In this document: positions 59,312 through 64,000 of the stretch, piece after piece
Numbering within the stretch: position 1 is the first letter of the stretch
Layout: every line of letters begins with the position of its first letter
Source of the DNA: Terriglobia bacterium
GTDB taxonomy: Bacteria; Acidobacteriota; Terriglobia; 2-12-FULL-54-10
Direction of reading: 5' to 3'
Length of the DNA: 64,000 nt
Assembly (NCBI GenBank): GCA_963666975.2
Contig: CAXVYR010000004.1
Location: 1,760,001-1,824,000, forward strand
The notes under the pieces: generated by a model
Seen by the model: only the letters and a program-made list of their open reading frames with translations
Told to the model about the DNA's origin: nothing
The model's database searches: none
Program-made: the position numbers and the translations under genes

Positions 59312-61737
59312 CTGCTTGGTCTTTGGTCTATGAGAAGTTTGATCCAGGCAATGAGGGCCTGCGCGAGGCCCTATGCACGCTCGGCAACGGCTACATTGCC
59401 TCCCGTGGCGCCGCGCCGGAAGCCGAGGCCGGCGCGGTTCACTACCCCGGCACTTATCTGGCCGGTGGATACAACCGGCTCACCACAGAGATTGCCGGCC
59501 GTCCGATCGAGAACGAGGACCTGGTCAATTTCCCGAACTGGCTTCCCCTGACCTTCCGCATCGCCCGTGGAAAGTGGTTTAACCTGCTGGCGGTGGAGAT
59601 CCTCTCCTATCGCCAGGAGCTGGACTTGAAACGAGGCGTGCTGCTGCGCGAGGTGCGCTTCCGCGACAAGCAGGGACGGCAGACCCGGCTGACCAACCGC
59701 CGTTTGGTTCATATGGGGAACCCGCATCTGGCCGCGATAGAGACCACGCTGACCGCTGAGAACTGGTCGGGACAAACAGAGTTCCGTTCCGCGCTGGACG
59801 GCCGCGTAGTCAACGCCGGCGTGGAACGCTACAAGAATCTGAACAGCAAGCACCTGAAGCCGGTAGAAACCGGGGCGATCGGTGAAGACAGCATCTATTT
59901 GAAGGTTCAAACCACGCAATCGGAGATTCGCATGGCGCAGGCCGCCCGGACGCAGGTCTTCCAGGATGGCGACCCGGTCGAGGTCGAACGGCGCACGATC
60001 CGGGAAACCGGCTATATCGCTCAGCAGTTTTCCGTGAACCTCCGGGAAGGAATCGAGATCAGCATCGAAAAGGTTGTCACGGTATTCACCTCCAGGGATT
60101 TCGCCGTCTCCGAATGCGGACTGCAGGCCCGGGATACGCTCTCGCGGGCCGGGCGGTTTCCCGATCTGCTCGAGAGCCACACCCTGGCATGGGAGCATCT
60201 GTGGCGACGCTTCGATATTGAGGCCGAGCAGGCCAGCGGCCCCCGCACGGCGATGATCCTTCACCTGCACCTGTTCCACCTGTTGCAGTCCGCTTCGATG
60301 CACACGATTGACCTCGACGTCGGAATTCCGGCGCGGGGCTGGCATGGGGAGGCCTACCGGGGACATGTCTTTTGGGACGAGTTGTTCATCTTTCCTTTGC
60401 TGAACCTCCGCGTTCCTGAGATCACGCGCGCCTTGCTCCTATACCGCTATCAGCGGCTCGATGAAGCGCGCGCGGGCGCGCGGAAGGCCGGGTATCGCGG
60501 CGCCATGTACCCCTGGCAGAGCGGCAGCACGGGGCGGGAGGAAACTCAGCAGATGCACCTCAATCCCCGTTCCGGCCGCTGGATTGATGACAACTCCCAC
60601 CGGCAGCGCCATGTAAATGCGGCCATCGTCTACAATATTTGGCAGTACTATCAGACCACCCGCAATATGGAGTTCCTAGTCCTGCATGGGGCGGAGATGA
60701 TCTTGGAGATCGCCCGCTTTTGGGCCAGCATCGCGACCTACAATGCGGACCGGGACCGCTATGAAATCCTCGGGGTGATGGGCCCCGATGAATACCACGA
60801 CGGCTACCTCAACGGGGAAAGCAAAGGATTGAATAACAACGCCTACACCAACATTATGGCGGTGTGGGTCATATGCCGGGCGCTGGAAACCCTCGATCTG
60901 CTGCGCCGGGTCCGCCGCGCCCGCTTCTGGGAATTATGGGAGAAACTGGATCTCACCCAGGAGGAGATTGACCACTGGCAGGAGCTGAGCCGGAAAATGC
61001 GCATCGTTTTTCACGAAGACGGGATCATCAGCCAGTTTGAAGGCTATGAGCAATTGGAGGAGTTTGACTGGGAGGGCTATCGAAAAAAATACGGCGACAT
61101 CCACCGTCTGGACCGCATCCTCGAGGCGGAAGGGGACGCGCCGAACCGCTACAAGGCGTCAAAACAAGCCGACGTGCTGATGCTTTTCTATTTGTTTTCC
61201 TCCGAGGAACTGGGCCAGCTTTTTGAACAGCTCGGTTATCCGTTCGAATACGAAACCATACCGAAAAATATCGAGTACTACATGAAACGCACCTCGCATG
61301 GCTCGACCCTGAGCCGGGTGGTCCATTCCTGGGTGCTGGCGCGTTCGGACCGCGCCCGTTCCTGGCAACTGTTCAACGAGGCGCTCGAAAGCGACATCGC
61401 CGATATTCAGCATGGAACCACGGCCGAAGGCATTCACTTGGGCGCCATGGCCGGCTCGGTGGACTTGATGCAGCGCGCTTTTACCGGCCTGGAGACACGG
61501 GGCGACGTGCTTCGGTTCAATCCTAGCTTACCCGAGGAATTGAAGAGGCTGTGCTTGCAGATTCACTATCGCAGGCATCTGATGGAACTCGAGATCTCTC
61601 ATACCGAGGTGAAAATCAGGACTGTGACGGGTTCCCCAGGGCCGGTCAAGATCGGCTTCCGGGATCAAGTGTGTGAACTCTGGGAAGGCGAGACCAAAGA
61701 GTTCCCGCTCTCCGGTCCTTGCGAACCGAACGGGTAA
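59308..61737 (+). CDS. GH65 glycoside phosphorylase/hydrolase
   Basis: LGNGY, ARGWHGEAYRGHVFWDE, GPDEYH, KQADVLM, HGSTLS. Confidence 0.92.
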   Translation: MTAWSLVYEKFDPGNEGLREALCTLGNGYIASRGAAPEAEAGAVHYPGTYLAGGYNRLTTEIAGRPIENEDLVNFPNWLPLTFRIARGKWFNLLAVEILSYRQELDLKRGVLLREVRFRDKQGRQTRLTNRRLVHMGNPHLAAIETTLTAENWSGQTEFRSALDGRVVNAGVERYKNLNSKHLKPVETGAIGEDSIYLKVQTTQSEIRMAQAARTQVFQDGDPVEVERRTIRETGYIAQQFSVNLREGIEISIEKVVTVFTSRDFAVSECGLQARDTLSRAGRFPDLLESHTLAWEHLWRRFDIEAEQASGPRTAMILHLHLFHLLQSASMHTIDLDVGIPARGWHGEAYRGHVFWDELFIFPLLNLRVPEITRALLLYRYQRLDEARAGARKAGYRGAMYPWQSGSTGREETQQMHLNPRSGRWIDDNSHRQRHVNAAIVYNIWQYYQTTRNMEFLVLHGAEMILEIARFWASIATYNADRDRYEILGVMGPDEYHDGYLNGESKGLNNNAYTNIMAVWVICRALETLDLLRRVRRARFWELWEKLDLTQEEIDHWQELSRKMRIVFHEDGIISQFEGYEQLEEFDWEGYRKKYGDIHRLDRILEAEGDAPNRYKASKQADVLMLFYLFSSEELGQLFEQLGYPFEYETIPKNIEYYMKRTSHGSTLSRVVHSWVLARSDRARSWQLFNEALESDIADIQHGTTAEGIHLGAMAGSVDLMQRAFTGLETRGDVLRFNPSLPEELKRLCLQIHYRRHLMELEISHTEVKIRTVTGSPGPVKIGFRDQVCELWEGETKEFPLSGPCEPNG

Positions 61738-61909
61738 TCCGGTTTCCGAACTTCTGTTCGGACCGGGCAGGAGACTTCCCCTTCGCAAGCTGTCCCAGCA
61801 GAAAGGCGCTTTCCGGCGAGAGGTATGCCGGTCTGAGCGCCCTCATTTTTCGTCCCGTTTGTTCGGATTCATAACGGAAACAATGGAATCCGGCTGGTTT
61901 TCCCCGAAC

Positions 61910-63196
61910 CTATTTTTCTTTTTGCACCAAACTTTTCAAAAACTTCTTCTGCTCGGTCCGGGTTCGCACTTTACCCTCCAGAACCGCATAAAAATGCGTG
62001 TCGAGTATCTTTCGGTAACGAGGCGTTCCCGAAGCGACTCCCATCTCTTGCAGTTCCTGCTCGGGAAGCCTGGACCGCAGAGGTACATACTTCTGCACGT
62101 AGATTTTGATCCGGGCTTGAATTTTTTTCTGGGGAAAGAGGAGTTGCAAGAATAGGATCAGGTCGGCTGGAGCAGCCGTGAGCAATTGGTAGAGTTTCGT
62201 GGGGGTGGAGGCCGCTTTGCCGCCCAGTTGTTTGGCTAGCCGCTTGGCGTTTGTTTCCATGCGCCGCCAAAGCCCGGCTTCGGTTTTCCTGAGTTTCAGC
62301 CACTTCGCCAGCCGGGTTTGGTCCCGTGCCGGCAATTTGCGGGTCAGTAGATAGAAAAACAGAGGAAAGGACGGCGCCAGAAGCCCGGCCTGTGCCAGCG
62401 AATGGCTGATTTTGGACGCCCGGGCAATCTCCTGCAAGTTGAGCCGGGAGTCTCGCAGGCGGGGGCTCAGCACGAGGAGCAGTTTTGCTTTCTCCAGGGC
62501 CTTCAGCAGTTCTGCGGGGTTTCGCTCCCTGGCGATTCGGCGCAACTCGTGCGCTACGGCTTCTCCGGCAGCTCTCTCTGGCGCGTCATTTTCGATGGCA
62601 TTTTGATATTGCGTTGCGGTCTTCGGTTCGAAGGAAAACCGGAGGCGAGCCCGAAACCGGACCGCGCGGAAGATGCGAACCGGGTCATCGAGAAAGCTGT
62701 AATTATTTAGAGTCCGCAGCTCCCCCTTCTCAATGTCCGCTAAACCGTTGGTGGGGTCGAGCAACAAGCCCCGCGATTGCGGATTCAGGGAAACTCCAAT
62801 GGCATTGATGGAGAAGTCCCGCCGCTTCAGGTCCGTCACAATGGTAGCCGGAGCGGTAACCGGCGGCCTGCCTGGCTTGCCATAAGTCTCCGACCGGGCC
62901 ATGCTGACGCTGGCTGAAACTCCAGAGGGGAATTCCAACTCGGCCGCGCGCAACGTTTGACTTTGCCAGGTGACAAGAACCTTCTGGCGGCTTAATTCCC
63001 GCACGATTTTCAGGGCGTTGCCTTCCACCACAAAATCAAAATCCTCGATGGGAAAGCCGCCGATCAGGTCCCGAATCGCGCCTCCCACCAAGTAGAGGTT
63101 CATGCCGTGAGCCTCGGCGGCCTTTTGCATGCGCAAGACGACTTGCCATTGTTCCGGGTTGAGCCGGCTTTCTATCAAGAAGAGGTAATCGCTCAT
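61910..63196 (-). CDS. CCA-adding/poly(A) polymerase-family nucleotidyltransferase
   Basis: LVGGAIRD, DFD, RRDFSINA, DDPVRIFRAVRF. Confidence 0.88.
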   Translation of the reverse strand: MSDYLFLIESRLNPEQWQVVLRMQKAAEAHGMNLYLVGGAIRDLIGGFPIEDFDFVVEGNALKIVRELSRQKVLVTWQSQTLRAAELEFPSGVSASVSMARSETYGKPGRPPVTAPATIVTDLKRRDFSINAIGVSLNPQSRGLLLDPTNGLADIEKGELRTLNNYSFLDDPVRIFRAVRFRARLRFSFEPKTATQYQNAIENDAPERAAGEAVAHELRRIARERNPAELLKALEKAKLLLVLSPRLRDSRLNLQEIARASKISHSLAQAGLLAPSFPLFFYLLTRKLPARDQTRLAKWLKLRKTEAGLWRRMETNAKRLAKQLGGKAASTPTKLYQLLTAAPADLILFLQLLFPQKKIQARIKIYVQKYVPLRSRLPEQELQEMGVASGTPRYRKILDTHFYAVLEGKVRTRTEQKKFLKSLVQKEK

Positions 63197-63225
63197 GAGC
63201 AGCCGCGCTTTGCAGTTCAGCTTCT

Positions 63226-64000
63226 TCAGGCCCGTGGATGATGGCGGTAAATCTCCTTCAAACGGGCCGTCGCAATGTGAGTGTAAATCTGCGTGGTCGA
63301 GATGTCCGAATGCCCCAGCATCATTTGCAGAGAGCGCAGGTCGGCGCCGCGAGCCAGCAGGTGAGTGGCAAAACTGTGCCGCAGAAGATGAGGGGCGATC
63401 CGCTTGCGGATGCCCGCCTGTCTTCCATAGGCGGCCAGCCGCAGCCAGACGTTTTGCCGGGTCATGCGGGCGCCCCGCCGGTTGACAAACAGGAAGCCGG
63501 ACTGGCGGGGACCCAGCAGCCGTTCCCGCGCGCCTTTGTAGAGTTCCAGGGCGGCAATCGCAGCCTTGCCCACCGGGACGATTCGCTGTTTGTTCCCTTT
63601 GCCGAGAGTGCGCACGGCGCCAGCTTCCAGGTTCATGTCCGCCACCCGCAGGGAGATCAGTTCGGAAACACGCAAGCCGGTTGCGTACAGCATCTCCAGG
63701 ATGGCCCGGTCCCGTACCCCGATGGAAGTATCGGTCGCCGGCTGGGCCAGCAATATTTCCACCTCTTCCAAAGTCAGGTACTTCGGCAGGACCTTCCAGA
63801 TGCGAGGCGATTCAAGATTTTCCGTAGGATCGGAGGCAACCACCCCATCCTGGCGGAGGTAACGGTAAAAGCCACGCAGGCTGACGATCTGGCGTGCCAA
63901 GGTGCGGCTTCCCAACTCCTGCCCGTCTAACTGGAGTAAAAACTTGCGGATGCCGGTCGGTCCCGCGCTCTGAAAATCCAATCCGCTTTTCTCCAGAAAG
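63226..64000 (-). CDS. xerD: site-specific tyrosine recombinase XerD (5' end beyond window)
   Basis: YATGLRVSEL, GKGNKQR, HLLRHSFATHLL, LGHSDISTTQIYTH. Confidence 0.88.
   Translation of the reverse strand, partial: FLEKSGLDFQSAGPTGIRKFLLQLDGQELGSRTLARQIVSLRGFYRYLRQDGVVASDPTENLESPRIWKVLPKYLTLEEVEILLAQPATDTSIGVRDRAILEMLYATGLRVSELISLRVADMNLEAGAVRTLGKGNKQRIVPVGKAAIAALELYKGARERLLGPRQSGFLFVNRRGARMTRQNVWLRLAAYGRQAGIRKRIAPHLLRHSFATHLLARGADLRSLQMMLGHSDISTTQIYTHIATARLKEIYRHHPRA

Noticed and set aside
1-64000. CRISPR arrays, tRNA/rRNA genes, prophage
   Set aside because: None recognised by eye

Overview
Gene-dense, GC-rich bacterial chromosomal window. The gene repertoire (carboxypeptidase-regulatory-domain TonB receptor, TrbI-like secreted protein, TPR proteins, short type IV pilins, PilZ) suggests Acidobacteriota; this is inference only. 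Core genes include ypdA, sat-cysH, lacD-like aldolase, hemW, ltaE, a UvrD/RecB-type helicase-nuclease, dcd, methylmalonyl-CoA mutase, thiG, lepA, RNase P RNA, sodA, a trehalose/GH65 cluster, a CCA-type nucleotidyltransferase and xerD. Accessory content: an IS630 with a frameshift site, a truncated IS1-family element with a Zn-finger passenger, two toxin-antitoxin loci (one broken), an SRAP-LexA-DinB mutagenesis cassette, a HEPN-like gene and an aromatic-catabolism cluster. Highlights: (1) an unannotated, probably leaderless Cys-rich leader peptide plus terminator in front of sat-cysH, a candidate cysteine-sensing attenuator; (2) a globin-coupled stressosome with two RsbT kinases wired to an RsbU_N-PAS-GGDEF-EAL output; (3) three integrase-less modules each bracketed by decayed direct repeats, two of which copy neighbouring gene ends; (4) a candidate ~180-nt sRNA with its own promoter and terminator; (5) an extra hairpin in loop L13 of RNase P RNA. 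All calls come from reading the sequence; no searches were run.
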